A stretch of 64,000 bases of DNA from contig JANLFN010000005.1 in the NCBI GenBank assembly GCA_024655885.1, positions 116,007-180,006 of the forward strand. Reading direction: 5' to 3'. Of this stretch, positions 1 through 7,969 are shown one piece after another. Below the pieces are notes generated by a model that did not search any database, was not told the DNA's origin, and worked only from the letters and a program-made list of their open reading frames with translations. Source of the stretch: Eubacteriales bacterium. GTDB lineage: Bacteria > Bacillota > Clostridia > Acetivibrionales > JANLFN01. The number at the start of each line of letters is the position of its first letter. Position 1 is the stretch's first letter. The translations under genes and the position numbers were made by a program.

Positions 1-48
1 CAATCCCTGTGGTATTGGCCGTTAAACGGATACACAGGGGATAGTGTG

Positions 49-115
49 AGACAAGGGGACGGTTCTTGTGTCTGAGGTCTTCAGCACCTCAGACACAAGA
101 ACCGTCCCCTTGTCT
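49..115. repeat. REP-like palindrome (perfect 30-bp stem, 7-nt loop) built from two inverted copies of a GACAAGGGGACGGTTCTT-containing unit, immediately 3' of prfC
   Basis: Arms 49-78 and 86-115 are exact reverse complements. The same unit recurs at 9759-9821. A variant, GTGACAGGGGACGGTTC..., forms the ends of the elements at 24968, 28094, 31250 and 31517. Confidence 0.85.
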
Positions 116-120
116 TTGGC

Positions 121-1731
121 TTAAGCCAGGGCTTTAGCCGCAATGTCGGTGAGCACAAGCCCTTTATTGCGCTCTTCAGCCCAGCGGATGGACCATTCAT
201 TCTCAAAGAGAAGCACATACCTGCTTTCCTTGTCCTCTGTCACCGCCGTAGAACTTGTAAGATTCAGCTTTCTGGGGTCGACTTCCGCACTGCTTATCCA
301 GCGCGCGTGCTTGAAGGGAAGGTGGTGTATTTTGATATCCACACCGTATTCATGTTTGAGCCTGTGCTCCAGTACTTCAAACTGAAGCGCTCCCACAGCG
401 CCTATGATTAACTCCTCCATTCCTATGTCGATCTGCTTGAATACCTGTATGGCTCCCTCTTCCGAAAGCTGGTTAATCCCCTTCAAAAACTGCTTGCGCT
501 TCATGGAATCCGCCGCGTTCACCCTTGCGAAGTGCTCTGCAGGGAAAACGGGGATTCCTTCGAATTTCAGCTGGGGATTGCCCTCGCAAAGGGTATCCCC
601 GATGTTGAATATGCCCGGGTCAAATATCCCTATGATATCTCCGGGATAAGCTTCCTCAACAATGGTGCGCTCCTGGGCCATAAACTGCTGAGGCTGGGAA
701 AGCCTGACCTCTTTTCCCGCCTGGACGTGGTACACCGACATACCGCGGGTGAACTTTCCCGAACACACCCGAATAAAAGCGATTCTATCCCTGTGGGTGG
801 GATTCATGTTTGCCTGGATTTTAAAGATGAAGCCGGAGAATTTCTCACTTTCCGGGTCTACCTCGCCTGCTGTGGACAGCCTTATTCCAGGGGCCGGCGC
901 CAGCCTTAAAAAATCTTCCAGGAAGGGCTGAACCCCAAAATTTGTCATGGCACTGCCGAAGAAAATGGGTGTGAGTTCGCCTTTCATCACTTTTTTCCTG
1001 TCAAACTCATCGCCGGCCATATCCAGGAGCTCTATTTCCTCGCACAGGCGCTTATGGTAATGGTCCCCCAGCAGCTCGGAAAAGATTGGGTCGCCAACCT
1101 TTCCAATAGTTGACGCAACAGCGGTTTGCCCGTGTTCCCCGCCGTTGAAGAGCTCTATCTGTGCAAGGTTTCTGTTGTAAACGCCTTTAAAGTCGCCTTC
1201 GGTACCGATGGGCCAGTTCATGGGGTAGGAGCGTATGCCCAGTACCCGCTCTATTTCTTCCATGAGTTCAAAGGGGTCCTTGCTGGCCCTATCCATTTTA
1301 TTGACGAAGGTGAAAATGGGTATGCCGCGCATTTTACATACATGGAACAGCTTTATTGTCTGCGCTTCCACGCCTTTTGCCCCGTCAATCAACATGACTG
1401 CGCTGTCCGCCGCCACCAGGGTCCTGTAGGTATCCTCGCTGAAATCCTGATGGCCGGGAGTGTCAAGAATGTTAATACAGTAATCATTGTAGTTGAACTG
1501 CAAAACACTGGAGGTAACGGATATCCCCCTTTGCTTTTCGATTTCCATCCAGTCGGATACGGCGTATTTATTTGCCTTTCTTGCCTTAACCGACCCTGCA
1601 AGCCGGATAGCCCCTCCGTAGAGAAGAAGCTTTTCTGTCAATGTGGTTTTACCGGCATCCGGATGGGAGATGATGGCAAAGGTCCTCCTTCTTTTCACTT
1701 CTCTGCTTATTATGTCCTTCAAATCCTGCAT
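121..1731 (-). CDS. prfC: peptide chain release factor 3 (translational GTPase)
   Basis: 536-aa ORF with G-domain motifs AIISHPDAGKTT, DTPGH and NKMD, and full-length RF3-like organisation. Confidence 0.93.
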   Translation of the reverse strand: MQDLKDIISREVKRRRTFAIISHPDAGKTTLTEKLLLYGGAIRLAGSVKARKANKYAVSDWMEIEKQRGISVTSSVLQFNYNDYCINILDTPGHQDFSEDTYRTLVAADSAVMLIDGAKGVEAQTIKLFHVCKMRGIPIFTFVNKMDRASKDPFELMEEIERVLGIRSYPMNWPIGTEGDFKGVYNRNLAQIELFNGGEHGQTAVASTIGKVGDPIFSELLGDHYHKRLCEEIELLDMAGDEFDRKKVMKGELTPIFFGSAMTNFGVQPFLEDFLRLAPAPGIRLSTAGEVDPESEKFSGFIFKIQANMNPTHRDRIAFIRVCSGKFTRGMSVYHVQAGKEVRLSQPQQFMAQERTIVEEAYPGDIIGIFDPGIFNIGDTLCEGNPQLKFEGIPVFPAEHFARVNAADSMKRKQFLKGINQLSEEGAIQVFKQIDIGMEELIIGAVGALQFEVLEHRLKHEYGVDIKIHHLPFKHARWISSAEVDPRKLNLTSSTAVTEDKESRYVLLFENEWSIRWAEERNKGLVLTDIAAKALA

Positions 1732-1955
1732 ATTGCGTCCTTTCTTCTAAATAATATAATAGTAAATAATAGGCTTTGAGTTGTCAACTACCAAACAAAA
1801 AATATCACGACGAAATAGGATGTTGCCTTTTAAAAGAATTTATGGAATAAGATTCTTCGACATATTAAAGGAATTTTCGCACGGGTGTAGAATTGTATGG
1901 ATATAAAGTAACTTTAAAGAGTTTATAAAATATGATATAGGTGAGGCAAAAAGAT

Positions 1956-3626
1956 ATGAAAGAAAATGAAGTAAATTTGATAAAGGTTTCATTTCCCGAC
2001 GGCAGTGAAAAAATAGTTGAAGAAGGGATATCTTTAGCCGAGCTGGCGGCGGAAGTGCAAAGCCGTTATAGATATGCCATTGTCGCAGCAAAAGTGGATA
2101 ATGACATCAAAGAATTGAATTTTCACCTGTACGGCAATTGTAAGGTACAGTTTATTGACATGACGGACGAAGACGGCATGAGAATCTACAGGAGAAGTCT
2201 TTACTTTATACTCATTAAAGCGGTACATGACCTTTTTCCCGACAGAAAGCTGATTATCAGCCATTCCATAAGCAAGGGCGTTTATTGTGAAATCAGGGGA
2301 GACAAAGAGCTTGACCAGGAGGAGGTTGAAAAAATTGAGGCTCGCATGCGCGAACTGGTCCGCATGAAAACTCCTTTTACAAAAAAAACAATGACGGTGG
2401 AGGCAGCAAAGGAAATGTTCCTGAAAAGCGGCAGGATGGACCGTTTTCATATAGTTGAATACAGGCAAAAGCCTTACGTCACAATTTACAACTGTGACGG
2501 GCTGGAAGACTATCTATACGGTTACATGGTGCCGGATACGGGCTTTGTGAAAAGTTTCAAATTGATATATTATCCTCCCGGACTGATACTGATGTGCCCG
2601 GAAACGTCCAATCCTGACGTAATACCCGAGTTCCAGGAGCAAAAGAAGCTGTTCGCCATTTTCAAAGAGTATAAAAGGTGGGTGCAGATTCTCGGCGTTG
2701 AAAACGTAGGCGCATTGAATGGCATCATCAAGGCGGGGCAGATTTCGGATTTTATACGTGTATCGGAGGCTCTGCACGAGAAAAAAATTGCTCAGATCGC
2801 AGACATGATCACAGAGGACCGGCACAGGAAAAAGGTTGTCCTTATTTCAGGCCCCTCTTCCTCGGGAAAAACAACTTTTGCGCACAGGCTGGCCATACAG
2901 CTGAGAGTGAACGGCTTTAAGCCTGTCACCATCTCTCTTGACGACTATTTCGTGGACCGGGAGCACACCCCCTTGGATGAAAACGGAGAATATGACTTTG
3001 AGGCATTGGAAGCAGTAGACATAAAACTTTTCAACGCACACCTTTCCGATTTAATTTGCGGGCGGGAGGTGGAAATTCCCATATTCAATTTTGCCACAGG
3101 TTCCAGGGAAAGTGTGGGAAGACGCATCCGCATAAACGATGATCAGATCATGATTATTGAAGGGATTCACGGATTGAACGACAGGCTTACGGAATCCATA
3201 CCCCGGGAAAACAAGTTTAAAATATACGTAAGTGCGTTAACCTCCATGAACATAGACGACCACAACAGGATACAGTCAACCGATACAAGAATAGTGAGGC
3301 GTATTGTAAGAGATTTCCAATTCAGGGGGAATACGGCCATCAGCACTATAAAGCGGTGGCCATCCGTGAGACGGGGCGAGGAAAGGAACATATTCCCCTA
3401 CCAGGAGTGTGCGGACATCATGTTCAATTCTTTCCTTATTTATGAATTGAGCGTCCTTAAAACACTGGCCGAACCCTTGCTGGCGGAAATAGACAGGATC
3501 CATCCTGAGTACTCAGAAGCCAAAAGGCTTATAGAGTTTTTAAGCAATTTCCTGCCTGTGGAGCCCAGAGAAATTCCTGCGAATTCAATAATCCGGGAGT
3601 TTATCGGCGGGAGCTGCTTCTATTAG
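1956..3626 (+). CDS. uridine kinase-family nucleoside kinase with N-terminal TGS-like domain
   Basis: P-loop ISGPSSSGKTTFAHRL in the C-terminal half and a TGS/ThrRS-like N-terminal region. ATG at 1956 follows GGTGAGG; an alternative GTG start lies at 1941. Confidence 0.75.
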   Translation: MKENEVNLIKVSFPDGSEKIVEEGISLAELAAEVQSRYRYAIVAAKVDNDIKELNFHLYGNCKVQFIDMTDEDGMRIYRRSLYFILIKAVHDLFPDRKLIISHSISKGVYCEIRGDKELDQEEVEKIEARMRELVRMKTPFTKKTMTVEAAKEMFLKSGRMDRFHIVEYRQKPYVTIYNCDGLEDYLYGYMVPDTGFVKSFKLIYYPPGLILMCPETSNPDVIPEFQEQKKLFAIFKEYKRWVQILGVENVGALNGIIKAGQISDFIRVSEALHEKKIAQIADMITEDRHRKKVVLISGPSSSGKTTFAHRLAIQLRVNGFKPVTISLDDYFVDREHTPLDENGEYDFEALEAVDIKLFNAHLSDLICGREVEIPIFNFATGSRESVGRRIRINDDQIMIIEGIHGLNDRLTESIPRENKFKIYVSALTSMNIDDHNRIQSTDTRIVRRIVRDFQFRGNTAISTIKRWPSVRRGEERNIFPYQECADIMFNSFLIYELSVLKTLAEPLLAEIDRIHPEYSEAKRLIEFLSNFLPVEPREIPANSIIREFIGGSCFY

Positions 3627-3670
3627 TGAAGAGTGCAGATGGAGAGCGGAATGTAAAAATACCATATAGA

Positions 3671-3724
3671 TTGAGAGGGAGTTAAGAGATGCGGCCAATA
3701 AATCCGTCAACTCTTAACTCTCAA
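3671..3724. terminator. hairpin between convergent genes (10-bp perfect core GAGTTAAGAG/CTCTTAACTC, extended with a bulge)
   Basis: 3679-3688 pairs with 3711-3720. The loop is 22 nt, so terminator function is uncertain. The sequence belongs to the purine-rich 'TGAGAG/TTAAG' word family seen in other intergenic regions. Confidence 0.4.
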
Positions 3725-3743
3725 TTTTCAACTCTCAACTCAT

Positions 3744-3914
3744 TTATCCCTTAGGTGCAAAGGTCGCACAGTCGGTTTCCTGTGTATCGGCTGCATTTTG
3801 AGGCTGTACTTCAATCTTGTCCGCCAGGCAGTGGTCGCCGGAAGAATAATAGTAGCACGTGTTCACAACACATTTTATGCCCTGGTTCGGATGATCCATT
3901 TTGTTGGCACGCAT
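3744..3914 (-). CDS. small Cys-rich DUF1540-like protein (56 aa)
   Basis: Hand translation gives MRANKMDHPNQGIKCVVNTCYYYSSGDHCLADKIEVQPQNAADTQETDCATFAPKG. AAGGAGG lies 8 nt upstream of the ATG. The ORF is below the 60-aa cutoff of the track and replaces the implausible + strand ORF 3755-4006. Confidence 0.7.
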   Translation of the reverse strand: MRANKMDHPNQGIKCVVNTCYYYSSGDHCLADKIEVQPQNAADTQETDCATFAPKG

Positions 3915-4091
3915 TTTTAATTTCCTCCTTACAGTTTGAATATCAATTCTATTATCATCTAAATCCCCAAAAATTATGTTGGAATTATGTTGGAATACTT
4001 ACTTAAAAAGAGAATCAAGCTGCATGTCCATAAAAAAATACTAAACATTCCAAAAAAAATACAACAAATAAAAACATGCTGACTATTTTGT

Positions 4092-4123
4092 CCATTGTGC
4101 TCAGGGGCTCACAATGGTATAAT
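4092..4123 (+). promoter_or_regulatory. extended -10 promoter (TGgTATAAT, 4115-4123) overlapped by the palindrome CCATTGTG-N10-CACAATGG (4092-4117)
   Basis: The sequence is read directly and lies ~200 nt upstream of the hydrogenase operon. The palindrome sits where a -35 element would be. Confidence 0.5.
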
Positions 4124-4143
4124 GTATCCAAAAGGGTACATGA

Positions 4144-4161
4144 ATGTTAAAAACATAACAA
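4144..4161 (+). promoter_or_regulatory. Rex-like operator ATGTTAA-AAAC-ATAACAA
   Basis: Matches 12 of 14 positions of the clostridial Rex consensus TTGTTAA-N4-TTAACAA, with symmetric mismatches. It lies ~20-40 nt downstream of the -10 element. Confidence 0.45.
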
Positions 4162-4328
4162 TCAGTTCTTTTGTCGGCTGCACTGCTTGCACAGTTGACT
4201 TGCAGTCAGATTTAGCTTCTCGGAAACTAGGGAAATGGTATGGCTTGATGATTTCCGCAAATGTTATGTAAATATGTTTTAGCTGACATTTATATATGTG
4301 TGTTACTGCCGGTAATTCAGGAGGTATT

Positions 4329-4829
4329 ATGGAAACTATATCGAAGCAATATAAGAGCAAAAAGGAAACTGACCAGGAAAAATATGAGAGAATAGAGGCA
4401 ATGATCGAGGAGTATAGGGAGAAGGAGGGCAGCCTTATACAAATTTTGCATATGGCGCAGGAGATATACGGCTACCTCCCTGTTGAGCTTCAGCAGTTTA
4501 TTGCGAGGAAACTGGACAAACCCCTTTCAGAAGTATATGGTGTTACAACATTTTATTCATTTTTGTCCACAAAACCGAGAGGGGAGTATACAATCAGGGT
4601 TTGTATGGGCACGGCGTGCTATGTCAGGGGAGGAAAAAAAATTATTGAAAGATTGAAGGAAGTGCTTGATATTGATGTAGGAGAAACAACGGCCGACGGG
4701 AAGTTTACATTGGAGGTTACCCGGTGCATAGGGGCGTGCGGCCTTGCACCGGCCATCACAATCAACGACAGGGTGTATAAGCAGGTCAACCCCGACAAGC
4801 TGAAAGACATTTTAAAAACCTACTACTGA
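4329..4829 (+). CDS. hydC: NuoE/HydC-type thioredoxin-like [2Fe-2S] subunit of a multimeric [FeFe]-hydrogenase
   Basis: Motifs RVCMGTACYVRG and RCIGACGLAP are present. ATG 4329 follows AGGAGG; the 5' extension in the track lacks an RBS. Confidence 0.88.
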   Translation: METISKQYKSKKETDQEKYERIEAMIEEYREKEGSLIQILHMAQEIYGYLPVELQQFIARKLDKPLSEVYGVTTFYSFLSTKPRGEYTIRVCMGTACYVRGGKKIIERLKEVLDIDVGETTADGKFTLEVTRCIGACGLAPAITINDRVYKQVNPDKLKDILKTYY

Positions 4830-4870
4830 TTTGGTGCAATAAAATCATTTGGTCACTGGGGAGGAAATAC

Positions 4871-7800
4871 ATGGACGGTAAATTGGCTGTTCGAAGGGCG
4901 GAAGACCTTGAGAATATTAAAAATCAATATTTGAGCGAGAATTCCAGGTACCAGTACAGGGTTCTGGTCTGTTCGGGAGCGGGGTGCATTTCATCCAACT
5001 GCCATGCGGTAAAAGATGCTTTAGTCAAGGCACTGCAGGACAGCAACCTGTGCGACCGGGTTTCGGTGTCGGAGACAGGGTGTATTGGGGACTGTAATCT
5101 GGGCCCTGCCATGGTTGTGCTGCCGGAGGGCGTTTTGTACACAAAATTGGACCCTAAGGATGTAGGCCCTATTGTAGACTCGCATTTTCTAAAGGGCAGG
5201 ATAAGAATGGAGAACACCTATTACGATATCCCAAAGGAAAAACACATCCCCTTTTTAAAAGATATCGACTACTTTAAAAACCAGGTGAAAATCGCGCTGA
5301 GAAACTGCGGAAGGATTGATTACGCCTCTTTGGAGGAATATATAGCCAATGACGGGTATAAATCGATTGCCAGGGTGCTGCAGGACATGACGCCTGCGGA
5401 AGTGGTCAAGGAGATTAAGAAGTCCGGCTTAAGGGGACGCGGGGGCGGAGGCTTTCCCACCGGGGTTAAATGGGAAGAGGGAATGAAAAGCGAAGGGGAT
5501 GTAAAATATATCGTATGCAACGCAGATGAGGGAGACCCTGGCGCCTATATGGACAGGAGCATTTTAGAAGGCGACCCCCACAGCATCATTGAAGGGATGA
5601 TGATCGGCGCATACGCTATAGGCGCCAGCAAGGGCTATGTTTATATCAGGGCGGAATACCCCCTTGCCGTGGAAAGGTTGGACACGGCCATTAAAAAAGC
5701 CCGGGAAGCCGGCCTGCTGGGAGAAAACATACTGGAAAGCGGTTTTAATTTTGAGCTGGAGATAAGAATTGGAGAAGGGGCCTTTGTCTGCGGTGAAGAA
5801 ACGGCACTAATCGCTTCTATTGAAGGTAAAAGGGGAGAACCGGAGCAGAAACCTCCCTACCCGTCTCAAAAGGGCTTATATGGGAAACCCACCGTGATCA
5901 ATAATGTGGAAACCTTTGCGAATATTCCTCCCATTATTTTAAAGGGAAGCGAATGGTTTACGCAGTACGGAACCCAAGGGAGCAAGGGGACCAAAGTGTT
6001 TGCCCTTGCGGGGAGTGTCAATAATGCAGGAATTGTTGAAGTGCCCATGGGAATTACGGTAGGGGATATTGTTTTCAATATTGGGGGAGGCATAAAGAAA
6101 AATAAGCAATTTAAAGCCCTCCAGTCGGGAGGACCTTCGGGAGGCTGCGTCACAAAGGACCATTTAAACACCCCCATTGATTATGACTCCCTGGTCAAGC
6201 TTGGTTCAATCATGGGTTCCGGCGGTTTGATCGCACTGGATGAGGATACCTGCATGGTGGATATGGCAAAGTACTTTATGGAATTCGTCCAGGAAGAATC
6301 CTGCGGCAAATGTGTGCCGTGCAGGGTGGGAACCAAGAGGATGCTGGAAATACTGGAGAGAATCACAAAGGGCGAAGGGCAAAACGGGGATATAGAACTG
6401 CTTCAAGAAATTGGGCAGATGATCAAGGAGACCTCGGTATGCGGGCTGGGGCAGACAGCTCCCAACCCTGTGCTGAGCACCATCAAGAGCTTCAGGGAGG
6501 AGTATGAGGAGCATATCAAGTATAAACACTGCAGGGCCGGTGTTTGCGAGAATATGTTCATTTCTCCCTGCCAGAATGCGTGTCCCGCCGGTGTCAACGT
6601 CCCCGGCTATATTGCGCTGATTGCGGCCGGGAGACTCAGAGATGCCTATAACCTCATCCGGAAGGAGAACCCCTTCCCGGCGGTTTGCGGCAGGGTTTGC
6701 ACCCATCCCTGCGAGAGCAAGTGCAGGAGGGCGCAGCTGGACGACCCTATTGCCATTTCCGACCTGAAGCGGTATGTGACGGACTATGTGTTTAAAAATG
6801 AAGAGCCTTATATGGACCTGGTTTTTCCTAAAAAAGGGATCAGCGTGGGCATCATAGGTGCCGGGCCGTCAGGCCTTACCTGCGGCTATTACCTGGCGAG
6901 GCTGGGATACGATGTGGAGGTCTATGAGGCCCACCAGGTTGCCGGCGGCGTCCTGGCTTTCGGCATACCGGAATTCAGGCTTCCCAAAGATATATTGCAG
7001 CACGAAATCAAGCTTATTGAGCGCGTTGGGGTAAAAATCCATTTGAATACCGAGGTGGGGACGGACATTACTTTTTACCAGCTCCGCAACAAGCATGCGG
7101 CCATTTACATTGCTACAGGAACCCAGTTCCCCCACAAGATCAACATACCTGGGGAAGAATTAAAGGAAGTGTACTACGGCATGGATTTTTTAAGGTATGT
7201 GAGTCTTGGGAAAAAGCCCAAGGTTACGGGTACGGTAGCGGTCATCGGGGGAGGCAATACGGCTGTGGATGCCGCAAGGACAGCCCTGAGGCTGGGAGCA
7301 AAAAAGGTCTATATCCTGTATCGAAGGCTGATTGAAGACATGCCGGCCGACGCCAGGGATGTCAGGGAGGCTATAGAAGAGGGCATTGAAATATTGCCCC
7401 TTGTAACGCCTTTAAGGTTCTTAGGGAAGGACAGGGTCACTGGAGTGGAGTGTATCCGGATGGAGTTCGGAGAATTCGACTCTACGGGAAGAAGAAAACC
7501 GAAGCCTATCCACGGCACCGAGTTTACCATCAAGGTTGATGCGGTTATCCCGGCCATAAGCCTCTATTCGGATTTGCCCTTTATTAATAAAAATGAGGTG
7601 GAAGTCACTCAATGGGGAACTTTTGTGGCGGACAACGATACCCTTATGACCAAGATGAAAGGGGTATTTGCCGGGGGCGATGTAATCCGGGGCTCGGATG
7701 TGGTGATATCTGCCATCGCAGATGGAAAGAAGGCGGCTAAATCCATCGACAAATACCTTGGAGGAAATGGAATTCTTAATACGGGCGAGGATATAGAGAT

Positions 7801-7969
7801 ACCGGAGCCGTCGGACGAGAGGGAAGTAATGGAGCATGAAAGATTCCCCATGAGGTACCTGGATCCCGAGACAAGGAAGTCGTCTTTCGATGAGGTGGCT
7901 GTCGGGTTTTATAAGCTCAATGCGGTTGAAGAGGCCATGAGGTGCTTAAGGTGCGACAGGAGGGCATGA
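4871..7969 (+). CDS. hydB: NuoF/HydB-type flavoprotein subunit fused to a GltD/NfnB-type Fe-S + FAD/NAD(P)H oxidoreductase domain (1032 aa)
   Basis: N-terminal Trx-like 2Fe-2S region (CSGAGC...CIGDCNLGP). NuoF core with GRGGGGFPTGVKW and ESCGKCVPCRVG. This is followed by CQNACPAGV...CGRVCTHPCESKC, GIIGAGPSGLTCGYYLARLG and VIGGGNTAVDAART. Confidence 0.88.
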   Translation: MDGKLAVRRAEDLENIKNQYLSENSRYQYRVLVCSGAGCISSNCHAVKDALVKALQDSNLCDRVSVSETGCIGDCNLGPAMVVLPEGVLYTKLDPKDVGPIVDSHFLKGRIRMENTYYDIPKEKHIPFLKDIDYFKNQVKIALRNCGRIDYASLEEYIANDGYKSIARVLQDMTPAEVVKEIKKSGLRGRGGGGFPTGVKWEEGMKSEGDVKYIVCNADEGDPGAYMDRSILEGDPHSIIEGMMIGAYAIGASKGYVYIRAEYPLAVERLDTAIKKAREAGLLGENILESGFNFELEIRIGEGAFVCGEETALIASIEGKRGEPEQKPPYPSQKGLYGKPTVINNVETFANIPPIILKGSEWFTQYGTQGSKGTKVFALAGSVNNAGIVEVPMGITVGDIVFNIGGGIKKNKQFKALQSGGPSGGCVTKDHLNTPIDYDSLVKLGSIMGSGGLIALDEDTCMVDMAKYFMEFVQEESCGKCVPCRVGTKRMLEILERITKGEGQNGDIELLQEIGQMIKETSVCGLGQTAPNPVLSTIKSFREEYEEHIKYKHCRAGVCENMFISPCQNACPAGVNVPGYIALIAAGRLRDAYNLIRKENPFPAVCGRVCTHPCESKCRRAQLDDPIAISDLKRYVTDYVFKNEEPYMDLVFPKKGISVGIIGAGPSGLTCGYYLARLGYDVEVYEAHQVAGGVLAFGIPEFRLPKDILQHEIKLIERVGVKIHLNTEVGTDITFYQLRNKHAAIYIATGTQFPHKINIPGEELKEVYYGMDFLRYVSLGKKPKVTGTVAVIGGGNTAVDAARTALRLGAKKVYILYRRLIEDMPADARDVREAIEEGIEILPLVTPLRFLGKDRVTGVECIRMEFGEFDSTGRRKPKPIHGTEFTIKVDAVIPAISLYSDLPFINKNEVEVTQWGTFVADNDTLMTKMKGVFAGGDVIRGSDVVISAIADGKKAAKSIDKYLGGNGILNTGEDIEIPEPSDEREVMEHERFPMRYLDPETRKSSFDEVAVGFYKLNAVEEAMRCLRCDRRA

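Noticed and set aside
3755-4006. 83-aa + strand ORF from the track
   Set aside because: It has no RBS and an implausible composition. The same DNA encodes, on the minus strand, a 56-aa DUF1540-like protein with a strong AAGGAGG RBS (3744-3914).
4092-4117. The CCATTGTG-N10-CACAATGG palindrome as a Rex box
   Set aside because: The half-sites resemble Rex (TTGTG/CACAA), but the spacing is 2 bp longer than the 18-bp Rex operator. It is reported as an unassigned operator. The better Rex candidate is 4144-4161.
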